From: Verrucomicrobiia bacterium
Lineage (GTDB): Bacteria; Verrucomicrobiota; Verrucomicrobiia; Limisphaerales; DASXHY01
Direction of reading: 5' to 3'
NCBI GenBank assembly: GCA_035701135.1
Contig: DASSNZ010000412.1
Coordinates: 1 to 34,034 of the forward strand
Length of the DNA stretch: 34,034 nt
The notes under the pieces are model-generated. The model saw only the letters and a list, made by a program, of their open reading frames with translations, was not told the DNA's origin and did no database searches. Position numbers and translations under genes: made by a program. Position 1 is the stretch's first letter; each line of letters begins with the position of its first letter. This document shows positions 8,749 through 17,097 of the stretch, piece by piece.

Positions 8749-10182
8749 TTAGCGTTTCTCCCGAATTTCGATGAGCGCAGCGCTGGCTTCGGGCAGTTTC
8801 AGATTGAAAATTCCGTCCGCGGATTCGCCGAGCGGCGTCCAGGTTCCGTTCCATTTTGCATTGTCCTGAATCGCCGCGCCGCCCAGGGCAATGCCGGTTT
8901 TGGCGGCGACGTTTCCGTCCGGAGCCGTGAGGAACATCGCGCGCGCCCGGCTGTTTTTTATTTTGGAATTCAGAATAATACTCGCGCTCCGCGCGTTTTC
9001 GCCATGTTCACGATTGATCAACGTGATGTATGTCCGGCCCGCGCCTGGCGATGCGGCGTAAGCGACGACGTTCAGGTTTTCGGAATTTTCAATTTTTGTG
9101 GAGATCAAAAATCCTCGTGCGCCCAGCGAAAACATTTTCAACGCGTAACCGATCGGATGAATATTGTATCCGCCCGGAACGGTCCAGAAAACCGCGTATC
9201 GGCAGCGTTTATTTGGATCACGCGCGGCAACCTTGTCGCCGGTGTGGAAATTGATTCCGCTCGCGCCGTGTTCGGCCCACCACCATTGATAATCCAACGC
9301 CCAGAGCGCCGAGGCGAACGTGTCGCTCACGTTTTCGGCGCCGCCGTCATAAAAACTGTTCGCTTCCTCCAGGCGATAAGGCAATCCGCTGGAGAGAATG
9401 GCGGGAACGAAGTGGGCGGCGAATTTCGCGTAATGCTCGTTGATCGCGGGCGACAAAATTTTATCGCGCGCCGCAACGACGTTTGTCGCGCGCCGTGCGT
9501 CGCCGCCGGGATAATCGTGTTGAGCGACGAATGCCAGCCAGCCGGTGGAGGCGAGTTCCGTCGCGAAATCCGCCGCCCAGGATTCGTGCCCGGGCGACGT
9601 GCTCGGTCCGCAAAATTTCGCGTCCGGTGAATTTGTCGCCGACGTGATTTCCGCGGCGTATTTTTTCCATTCGGCCAGGTAAGGCGCGTATTCTTTGCTG
9701 AAAACATTGGGTTCATTTCCGATGGCAAAAGAGGCGAGGCGATCCTTGTAGTTCCGGAAAATGTAATTGGCCATTCGCGTCGCGTTTTCACGATTGCCTT
9801 CGTTCAGTCGCAACGTGTAAATCACCTTTACGCCCGCCGCTTTGGCGAAGGTGAACAACGCATCAACGTCCGCTTCGGTCGGCGACGGAATTTTCGGATC
9901 GTCCGCCGTGTTGCCGCCAACGCGCAGGCTTTTGATTCCGAGAGTTTTGAACGTGGAAACGAGCGGTTTGTTTGAGGCGCTGAAAAAATGGTTTCCGGAG
10001 GAATCGGCGAGCACATCGCGCATTTCGAAGCTCAGGCCTGGAAAGTCGGAACCGATCCAATTTGTCGTCGCGCCGGAAAGTTGAACCAGAACCGTCGCCG
10101 CGTCGCCGGACGAAACATACATTCCAAAACCCAAGAGCAGTATCAGGAAAACACGGAGACGAACGCGATTTAAAAGAGGCAT
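8749..10182 (-). CDS. Clan GH-A glycoside hydrolase, GH79-like (beta-glucuronidase / heparanase family), secreted
   Basis: Signal peptide MPLLNRVRLRVFLILLLGFGMYVSSGDA. LRVGGNTAD and the acid/base-type motif FAIGNEPN match GH79 as I recall it. A C-terminal beta-sandwich-like tail is present. Confidence 0.6.
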   Translation of the reverse strand: MPLLNRVRLRVFLILLLGFGMYVSSGDAATVLVQLSGATTNWIGSDFPGLSFEMRDVLADSSGNHFFSASNKPLVSTFKTLGIKSLRVGGNTADDPKIPSPTEADVDALFTFAKAAGVKVIYTLRLNEGNRENATRMANYIFRNYKDRLASFAIGNEPNVFSKEYAPYLAEWKKYAAEITSATNSPDAKFCGPSTSPGHESWAADFATELASTGWLAFVAQHDYPGGDARRATNVVAARDKILSPAINEHYAKFAAHFVPAILSSGLPYRLEEANSFYDGGAENVSDTFASALWALDYQWWWAEHGASGINFHTGDKVAARDPNKRCRYAVFWTVPGGYNIHPIGYALKMFSLGARGFLISTKIENSENLNVVAYAASPGAGRTYITLINREHGENARSASIILNSKIKNSRARAMFLTAPDGNVAAKTGIALGGAAIQDNAKWNGTWTPLGESADGIFNLKLPEASAALIEIREKR

Positions 10183-10275
10183 GGATTCAATCTGACAAAA
10201 TCAAAGCGGCGCGTCACTGGTGAATTTTTCTGAATGATTTCCGGCCCGGAAAATTAATGGCGAAATTCAAGCGCA

Positions 10276-13200
10276 TTACTCCACGCTCGCCGCGCGATAA
10301 AACCGGGCGGAATCGCTCGCGGAAATTGGCGGCGCAATATTTTCGGGCACGGCTCCCAAAACGATATTCGTCCAGGTTGTCCAGTGCAGAAGATCGTGCG
10401 AGTATTGCAGCAGAAAGTGAAAACCGCTTTCACCGGAAATGGTCAATTGCTGATTTCCCTCCGCCATCGAAAATTTCAGATTCGATTGCGGCCGCGCGCG
10501 GACGTGAATGCCGATGCGGTTCGTCAGGGCGGCTCCGGAGTCATCGTGAACGCTGAACTGGAATTCTCCCAAACCGTAAAAGCCGGGTGTCGGCACGAAG
10601 CGCGCGACTGTTCCGCCATTCACGAGAACCACCGAGCCATTCGTTGCGTTGAAAACGCTGTAGGCCGGCGAGTTGTTCGTGAATCCGCGAGTGAATTGCG
10701 TCAGATCCACTTCCAATGAGCCGTTCCGCGCGCATTCCGCGTGAGGCGTCGCAAGCCAGTTCAGGTAATCTTCCAGGTTCGAATATCCGTCGCCATCCGG
10801 ATCGCCGTTGCTGTCGGAGAAATCTCCGGACGGAGAATTCGGGTTCAGCCCTTTGGCCAGTTCCCACCAGTCCGGCATTCCATCGTGATCGGAATCCGCG
10901 GGCACATCGAAGGTTCGATACGCGGGCCACGGGGCGTTCGGCGAAGTGGTCGCGTCTTTCACGTCGGTTTGCGAATCAATGATTCCGGGATAATTGGGGC
11001 TGGGATCCTGAACATAGCCGTCAATGATGTACGGATCGCCGTTGGTGCCTTCGTAATGCGTCGTGCCGTCTAGCACTTCGCCGATAATCCGCCGGTCAAT
11101 CACGTCGGGAGACGGAAGATTGCAACCTACATCCGAGAGGACGAGCTTATAGGCGTTGCTCGCGGTTTGAGTGGTTACATAGGACGGGAAAATTTCGGAA
11201 TTGGTGCGCACCTGCGCCTCGACCGTTGCGCCATTATAGAATGAGCCGTCGGCCCAGTTGTCATTGTAGTAGCTTGTTCCTTCCATCACGTTGCCGGTCA
11301 TGTAATACACTTCGTCGCCCCAGGCCGGATTCAGCGCGTCGAGCTTGAGCAGGTAATTGTGCCGCGCGTTTCCGGGAAATGGTTTGTAGTAATTGTTCAC
11401 GTAATTACATCGGGCCACGCCGCCGTCCGTTGTTCTGCCAACCCAGTTGTAAACAACGTTGTTGCGAATATCGAGCGACCCGGCGTAATGACTGCTTTGA
11501 TCCAGACCGCCGGCAAGACTCCAGTTTCGATCCGTCGAATGCGCGATGAGATTGTGGTGGTAACTGCCGATTTCGCCGCTGATGGATGCGGCGAATCCGT
11601 GGGCCTGGTAACAATTGGTGCAGCCCGTCGCCGCGCGCTCGGCATCGTTGTAGTGATAGGAATGCTGCAACGGTTCGGAAATGATATTGTGTTGAAAAGT
11701 AATCATTGCCGACCTGCTGCCGACTTTGCCGCTCTGGCGCGAACTGCTGGCTTCGTCCGTCGTCCAACTGATCGAACAATGATCAATAATCGAATCCGAG
11801 GAATTGCCCAGGCCGAGTCCGTCCATTGCCTGGTGCGAGGCATCGCCGAGGCGGCAGCGAATGAAACGAACGATCACATCGCTGCATCCTCCCATACCGA
11901 CGCGCCAGTTCGCCAGGCAAATGCCTTCCCCGGGAGCTGTCTGGCCAGCGACGGTCAGGTCGCCATTGCCGATTACGCATGGCGATTGCAGACGTATCAG
12001 GCCCGACACGCGAAAAACGACCGTGCGCGGCCCGTTCGCTTCAACCGCCGCGCGATAACTTCCCGGCCCGCTGTCGTTGAGGTTGGTCACTTCAATGACA
12101 ACACCGCCGCGTCCTCCGCGCGAAAAGCGTCCGTAACCTTCCGCGCCGGGAAACGCCAGATGCCGTGTGCGGAATTTCCAGGTTGTTCCTTTCACCAGGT
12201 TTGTTGAGCCGTTGCCAATGTCCAACTGATCCACGCGCCAGTAATAAGTCAGCGCGCTGTTGAGATTTGTCACTGGAAATGAATTCGTGATTCCCGTCAG
12301 CGCGGCTGAAGCGAGCTTGAATTCAGGCGAGGCTGTATCCGCGTTATCCACCGCGGCGAAATTGGTTCCGAAATAAAGATAATTGGAAACCGAAAGAGCC
12401 GCCGGAAGCCATTTCAAATCCAGATAACCCGCGTTGGCTGTTCCAGGCAACGGCGCGTCATTATTCGCAAACGCATGTTCATCGCCCGGAGTTGGAAAAA
12501 TGGCCGTGGCCAGCGTTCCGGGCGGCGAAGGCCGGTCTATTTCAAAACCGTTCAGAATGACGAAATTCAAAACGCTGCTGCCGTCGGGTTGAAAATCGAG
12601 AACGATGGGCTGGCCGTCGTAGCTGTTGGTGACATAAAAGAAAGCGAAACCGCATTTGCTGTCGTTGGTGCAGACAACGGTCGGGGTATTGGTGAACACG
12701 GGCACGCCGTTGGCGCTGATAATGCATCGGCTCATCACGTTCGCGCCGTGCCACTTCGTGCTGCTGGACCATAAGTCATTGTGGTAAGTAGTGATGGAAT
12801 GAACGCCCGCAGGCAGATTGGAAATCGTCAATCGAAGCGATCCGCCGTTCGTGTAGGGTTGATCCACAGTGATCGCGTCGTCTTTCCAATGCACCCAGCA
12901 GCCGTCTCCGGATAATCGCCAGCCGGCATTGGGATCGGAACTGGTTGAGTTGCCGTTTTTGTTGGCGTAATTCGCGTTCAAATAAATCGTCGAATCCGCA
13001 TTCGCGGGAAATGTCTCGGTGACCGTGCAGGGAATAATCAGGCTGATGTTGGTCGAAATCGGCAATCCGGAGTCGGGGTCGTAAGTGTAAACGTAATTGG
13101 TGAACGAGCGGGAAACGGTGCGTTTTGTGCCGGACAAATCCGGCGCCATGTACCAGGGCGTGAAACCGGGCGCGTTGACGTCCGACCGGATGGTTCCGTT

Positions 13201-13287
13201 GATATCAACCGAAAGCAATTGAGCAAACGAGGAACCGGCAATGAATTGAATACTTAAAACCAGGAAGGCAAGGAGTCTGTTTCGCAT
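10276..13287 (-). CDS. Multidomain secreted pectate lyase (PL1-type catalytic beta-helix)
   Basis: Signal peptide MRNRLLAFLVLSIQFIAGSSFAQ. Residues ~24-252 form an uncharacterised beta-sandwich-like region ending in ILNGFEI. Residues ~253-375 look FN3-like (LYFGTN...TYYWRVD). The PL1 core starts at AFPGAEGYGRFSRGGRGGVVIEVTNLNDSGPGSYRAAV and includes SIIDHCSISW. Calcium-binding TSP3-like repeats DSDHDGMPDWWE...DPDGDGYSNLEDY lie at nt 10750-10896. An Ig/cadherin-like domain follows, then a terminal module ending FYRAASVE. Confidence 0.8.
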   Translation of the reverse strand: MRNRLLAFLVLSIQFIAGSSFAQLLSVDINGTIRSDVNAPGFTPWYMAPDLSGTKRTVSRSFTNYVYTYDPDSGLPISTNISLIIPCTVTETFPANADSTIYLNANYANKNGNSTSSDPNAGWRLSGDGCWVHWKDDAITVDQPYTNGGSLRLTISNLPAGVHSITTYHNDLWSSSTKWHGANVMSRCIISANGVPVFTNTPTVVCTNDSKCGFAFFYVTNSYDGQPIVLDFQPDGSSVLNFVILNGFEIDRPSPPGTLATAIFPTPGDEHAFANNDAPLPGTANAGYLDLKWLPAALSVSNYLYFGTNFAAVDNADTASPEFKLASAALTGITNSFPVTNLNSALTYYWRVDQLDIGNGSTNLVKGTTWKFRTRHLAFPGAEGYGRFSRGGRGGVVIEVTNLNDSGPGSYRAAVEANGPRTVVFRVSGLIRLQSPCVIGNGDLTVAGQTAPGEGICLANWRVGMGGCSDVIVRFIRCRLGDASHQAMDGLGLGNSSDSIIDHCSISWTTDEASSSRQSGKVGSRSAMITFQHNIISEPLQHSYHYNDAERAATGCTNCYQAHGFAASISGEIGSYHHNLIAHSTDRNWSLAGGLDQSSHYAGSLDIRNNVVYNWVGRTTDGGVARCNYVNNYYKPFPGNARHNYLLKLDALNPAWGDEVYYMTGNVMEGTSYYNDNWADGSFYNGATVEAQVRTNSEIFPSYVTTQTASNAYKLVLSDVGCNLPSPDVIDRRIIGEVLDGTTHYEGTNGDPYIIDGYVQDPSPNYPGIIDSQTDVKDATTSPNAPWPAYRTFDVPADSDHDGMPDWWELAKGLNPNSPSGDFSDSNGDPDGDGYSNLEDYLNWLATPHAECARNGSLEVDLTQFTRGFTNNSPAYSVFNATNGSVVLVNGGTVARFVPTPGFYGLGEFQFSVHDDSGAALTNRIGIHVRARPQSNLKFSMAEGNQQLTISGESGFHFLLQYSHDLLHWTTWTNIVLGAVPENIAPPISASDSARFYRAASVE

Positions 13288-13328
13288 GATTGATTTTATT
13301 CAGGTTTATTCATCACAACTGCCCGGAA

Positions 13329-15335
13329 TCATGGATAAACCAACCGATAAAAAACGCATTTGCCGCCGGACGCAATCGGCAGGCTAGCCATGTTTGTTTG
13401 CTGAAAACCGAGCGAGGTCCAGTTGGAGGATAATCCCACGTCAAGGTCATTGGTCTGGACTTCCAGCCGCCAGCCGGTGTGATCCGCCGGCCAGTTTATC
13501 TGAAAAAAATTCCCCGTGATCTGCGCGTCAAGTTTTGTCGCGTTCGTATTGACGAGAGGCGCGATGATGACCTTCACCAGTCCGACGGTGTTGGTATCCA
13601 GCGCGGCGTTGAATCCATCAGGCACATCGAGCAGGGCGGGAGATTCCCAATCCAATCCTCCGCCGTAACTGAAAATCGTGTAGCTTCCGTTTGTAAAACC
13701 CGCGCCCGCGCTGATGTGAATATCGCGACTCAATGCCAGCCGTCCCGTTACATGAATTGTCGCATCGCTGGTTCCGAGCGAAAAATTCAACGGCGCCGTT
13801 CCATTCAAATTCAAATTGTTATTGATCGTGAGCGCGCTCGCATCCAGTGCCAGCGAAGCGCCATCAAGCACGTTGGTATTGGAAATTGTGGCGTTTGCGC
13901 GATGCAGCGCGAGCGCGTTGAAAATGTTGTTGGTTGTCAGACCATCGAGCGGCATGGACGCGGTTGGAATCGAGGAATTCGTAATCTCGACTTGCGCATT
14001 GTAGAGAAGCATTGTGCTGCTGGAGGCAGGCAGATTGAATTGCGAATCAACAAAGCGAATGCCCGACGCATTGTAAATGCCCGGATGACGTTTCGAGGGC
14101 GAGGTGATGTTGACGTTTTGAAAAACCACGTTGGAAACCGCCATTTCCGGCAAACCCCAGATCATCAGCGGCGGACGCGAGGAAGCGGTTGCCGTTGCTG
14201 TGATATTGCTGAACGTGATGTTGCGCCAGATCGGGGTTTCGGTGGTGACGCTCTGAGTATTGGTCGCGGCTTCGCGCGCCGCGAACGCGGGATCCACTCC
14301 CGTCAGCGTGCCGAGTCCGAAATTATAGTAACTGTAAATCAACAGCGGCCAATCCACATTGGTCATGCGCAGGTTTGAATAGAACAAATTTTGAACCAGA
14401 CCGCCTCTTCCGCGCTGGCATTTCAGGCGAATACCATTTCCGGTTCCGGAAAACGCGCAATCCGTTACGATCAGATTGCTCACGCCGCCATGAGTGTAGC
14501 TGCCGATGGAAATGCCATGGCCGGTGCCGCAGAAACAATTTGTGACCAGGACATCTTTTACAAAATTGTGGCTGTCGCTGATGGCAATATTGTCGTCGCC
14601 GCAGCGGATTGAACTGTCCCGAATAACACAATTCGTGGCGGACAAATCAATTCCGTCGGTGTTCGGCGTGCCATCCGCGGTCGCAATCGTGATCCCGCGC
14701 ACTGTCACATTGCCGCAGGTGCTGCGAAAAGAAATGTGTGTGTTGGGTGGATTTTGAAACGTGATATCCTGGACCAGCACGCGCAGGCAGCCTGACGGAG
14801 CAAACATCGCTTTGGGCCGGGAAATGCCGCTGCTCTTGTACGCGCTCCACCATGCCGCGCCCTGCCCATCAATGATGCCGCCGCCGCTCAGTTCCACGTC
14901 GTGCAATCGGTTGGCGGAAATGAAATCGGTCGGCGAGGCGCCGCCGGGATAAGTGCCGTAGGGAAGCATTTTCAGCGTCGCTCCGGAATCAATTTGAAAA
15001 TTGATTGAACTCGCCAGAGCGATCGGACCGCTGAGGTAAGTGCCGGGCGGAATTTCAACTGTTCCTCCGCCGGAATTTTTCGCGGCATTGATCGCGGACT
15101 GAATGGCCGCCGTATTATCGGTAATTCCATCACCGGTGGCGCCGTAGTTTGTCACATTGAAATAATTCGCCGGAATAATCGGCTCGGGAATTGTCCCGGC
15201 CAGACCGGGAAAGGCATGGGCAACCATAGCCAGCGCGATGACAATTTTAAACAAATGCCTCAAATGAGAGCCGCGCGGAAAATCGGCCCGCTTTTTTTCA
15301 GATACACTTTCAAAACACTTTGCCACTGGTTTCAT
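13329..15335 (-). CDS. Glycoside hydrolase family 28 (polygalacturonase / rhamnogalacturonase type) with a C-terminal beta-strand-repeat extension, secreted
   Basis: GH28 signature set: FNVTNYGATGDGITDNTAAIQ, NTDGIDL, GDDNIAI, GHGISIGS and IRLK. About 200 extra C-terminal residues resemble autotransporter-associated beta-strand repeats. The protein ends in a module with FYRLVYP. ATG at 15335. Confidence 0.85.
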   Translation of the reverse strand: MKPVAKCFESVSEKKRADFPRGSHLRHLFKIVIALAMVAHAFPGLAGTIPEPIIPANYFNVTNYGATGDGITDNTAAIQSAINAAKNSGGGTVEIPPGTYLSGPIALASSINFQIDSGATLKMLPYGTYPGGASPTDFISANRLHDVELSGGGIIDGQGAAWWSAYKSSGISRPKAMFAPSGCLRVLVQDITFQNPPNTHISFRSTCGNVTVRGITIATADGTPNTDGIDLSATNCVIRDSSIRCGDDNIAISDSHNFVKDVLVTNCFCGTGHGISIGSYTHGGVSNLIVTDCAFSGTGNGIRLKCQRGRGGLVQNLFYSNLRMTNVDWPLLIYSYYNFGLGTLTGVDPAFAAREAATNTQSVTTETPIWRNITFSNITATATASSRPPLMIWGLPEMAVSNVVFQNVNITSPSKRHPGIYNASGIRFVDSQFNLPASSSTMLLYNAQVEITNSSIPTASMPLDGLTTNNIFNALALHRANATISNTNVLDGASLALDASALTINNNLNLNGTAPLNFSLGTSDATIHVTGRLALSRDIHISAGAGFTNGSYTIFSYGGGLDWESPALLDVPDGFNAALDTNTVGLVKVIIAPLVNTNATKLDAQITGNFFQINWPADHTGWRLEVQTNDLDVGLSSNWTSLGFQQTNMASLPIASGGKCVFYRLVYP

Positions 15336-15618
15336 TTCTAAAATTTTATATCGCTTTAATATACCGGAAATTTGTTTTTAAGCCGAGGCGGGTGCGAGGC
15401 ATCCTGAATACTAATCGTTCCGTCAATGGCGATGCCGTGAAAAGAAAGCATTGTCGTTTCGTCAATTTGCGTGCGGGAAATAGGCTGCCGCTTCGCGAGA
15501 GCAATTGCCACTAAGCTTTCTGCAAAAAGGATTGGAAATTCTGCGTCCAAATTGAATCTCACGACGGCGGGAGCGTTCGGAATTTTTGCTTCAAGCGAAT
15601 TTCATGAATACCCGTTCA

Positions 15619-16764
15619 TCAGACCGCAACCTTCTTCCGATATTCCTGCGGCGAAATGCCGACGGATTGTTTGAAAGCGGACCAGAAACTGTTGGGACTC
15701 TGGTATCCGCACATCGCGCCGATGTTGGCGGCCTTTTCGTCTGACGTGGCCAAGAGATGTTTGGCGTGCTCGATGCGCACGCGTTGCAATTCATGACCCG
15801 GCGGGCGTCCGATTTCGTTGATGAACGCCTGATGAAGTCCGCGCCGGGACATCGCCGCCGCCCGGACCAGATCGTCCACGCCAATGGGTTCGCAAAATCG
15901 TTTCAGCAGAAAATTCATCGCTTTGGAAACGCCCGGATGATTGGTCGCCACAAGGTCGCTGCTTTTGCGGGCGATCAACCCCGTGGGCGGAACGCGAACA
16001 GGCTCGGACGGCGCTGGCCTGCCTCGCATCAAATCCTCCAGGAGTTCCGCGCCGCGATACCCGACCAATTCCAGATTCGTGTCCACGCTGGAAATCGGAA
16101 TGTGCATCGCGTTCACCGCCGGAAGCGAATCGTCCATTCCGACAATGCTGATCTGTTCGGGAACGGAAAGCCCGGCGAGTTCGCACGTTTCCAGAATTTC
16201 GACGGCCTGTTCGTCCGCCGCCGCGAACACCGCCAGCGGCTTGGGCGCTTTCTTCAGTTGAGTGGCAATCCATTGACGCTTGATTTTCCATTGCATTCGC
16301 TCCCGCGTGAAAACGGGCGCGCGCTGCCAGCACAACCAGTTGCATTGGAACCCGGCCTGCTGAATGGACCGGACAAATGCCCGGCCGGTTTCCTCGTAGG
16401 CCCAATTTTCCGCGTCGCTGTAAAAAATAAAATGAGTGAAGCCGCGCGAAAGAAAATGTTCCGCCGCCAGATTTGCCGCGCCGGCGTGATCCGCAAGAAC
16501 CCGTGGAAACGGCAGGTGCGTGCGTCGGAAACTGAAATCCACGGTGGGCTTCCGCGCATGAACGACGAATTCGGCGAGATCATCGCCCGCGCCCAGCCAC
16601 GCCAGAATTCCGTCGCCTTCCCAGCCCCAGGGAATCACTTTTTCCCGCGTGGTATCCGGACACAAATGCCAGCCGCGTTCCAAAGCATAGCGGGCAATGC
16701 CGGCATGGAGCCGGTGATCGTACCAGCCCAGCGCGAGGAGAATTCGCTTTTGACGTTTCGGCAT
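15619..16764 (-). CDS. XylR-like transcriptional regulator (periplasmic-binding-protein-like sugar sensor domain fused to an AraC-family HTH)
   Basis: About 381 aa from ATG 16764 (MPKRQKRILLALGW). The N-terminal LacI/PBP-like fold includes ISIVGMDD. The C-terminal AraC HTH reads VDDLVRAAAMSRRGLHQAF...IGAMCGYQSPNSFWSAFKQSVGISPQEYR. The architecture matches E. coli XylR. Confidence 0.8.
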   Translation of the reverse strand: MPKRQKRILLALGWYDHRLHAGIARYALERGWHLCPDTTREKVIPWGWEGDGILAWLGAGDDLAEFVVHARKPTVDFSFRRTHLPFPRVLADHAGAANLAAEHFLSRGFTHFIFYSDAENWAYEETGRAFVRSIQQAGFQCNWLCWQRAPVFTRERMQWKIKRQWIATQLKKAPKPLAVFAAADEQAVEILETCELAGLSVPEQISIVGMDDSLPAVNAMHIPISSVDTNLELVGYRGAELLEDLMRGRPAPSEPVRVPPTGLIARKSSDLVATNHPGVSKAMNFLLKRFCEPIGVDDLVRAAAMSRRGLHQAFINEIGRPPGHELQRVRIEHAKHLLATSDEKAANIGAMCGYQSPNSFWSAFKQSVGISPQEYRKKVAV

Positions 16765-16826
16765 AATTCCAACGTAACAAATCCAAAAATGAAAAACCAC
16801 TTTAACAGACCGTCAAAAAATATTTC

Positions 16827-16911
16827 AGTGGTAGCGGCGGACGTGAGTCCGCTCCAATTTTCCTCTGATAATCAAGTGAGAGATGGAATCCGAACCACAT
16901 CGGCTGCCACT
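16827..16911. repeat. ~85 nt imperfect palindromic element / candidate structured RNA in the divergent regulator-GH28 promoter region
   Basis: A closing stem AGTGGTAGC (16827-16835) pairs with GCTGCCACT (16903-16911) over 9 bp including one T:G pair. An internal perfect hairpin GCGGAC-GTGA-GTCCGC lies at 16837-16852. Confidence 0.45.
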
Positions 16912-16974
16912 TCTTAAACGGACTGTCAAGCAATCCAATGCGAAAAATTCCGGCGCGAAATTTTTTCGTCACGG

Positions 16975-17043
16975 AAATTTTTCCAACGCCCGATGTTGAT
17001 GCAAAGCCGGTGTTGCGATTCGCGGATGCACAATTTCCAACCC
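16975..17043 (+). promoter_or_regulatory. Two direct copies of the AATTT(TT)CCAAC(G)CC motif upstream of the GH28-exuT-GH43 operon (candidate operator or promoter element)
   Basis: AAATTTTTCCAACGC lies at 16975-16989 and CAATTTCCAACCC at 17031-17043, which is -123 and -67 relative to the ATG at 17098. Near-identical copies form the arms of the 5189-5294 repeat. A weaker copy lies at complement 15529-15541. Confidence 0.3.
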
Positions 17044-17097
17044 GTCTTGCAGAATCTGGAATTTATGCCCGGCCTGTTTCTTTCTAGAATACATTGA

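Noticed and set aside
8731-9630. Long antisense ORFs opposite confident genes: 8731-9630, 11359-12207, 13479-14378, 15757-16917, 17404-18294, 24035-24961, 25938-27077, 28326-29468 and 31356-32375
   Set aside because: All are Arg/Gly/Ala-rich with no motifs. Each mirrors a gene with strong family signatures on the other strand. I treated them as non-coding.
16880-16900. A GGTTCGGATTCC string (minus strand) resembling a tRNA T-arm
   Set aside because: The loop lacks the conserved A58 position. The arm sits at the wrong end relative to the 9 bp closing stem, and no D-arm or anticodon arm can be drawn. It is not a tRNA.
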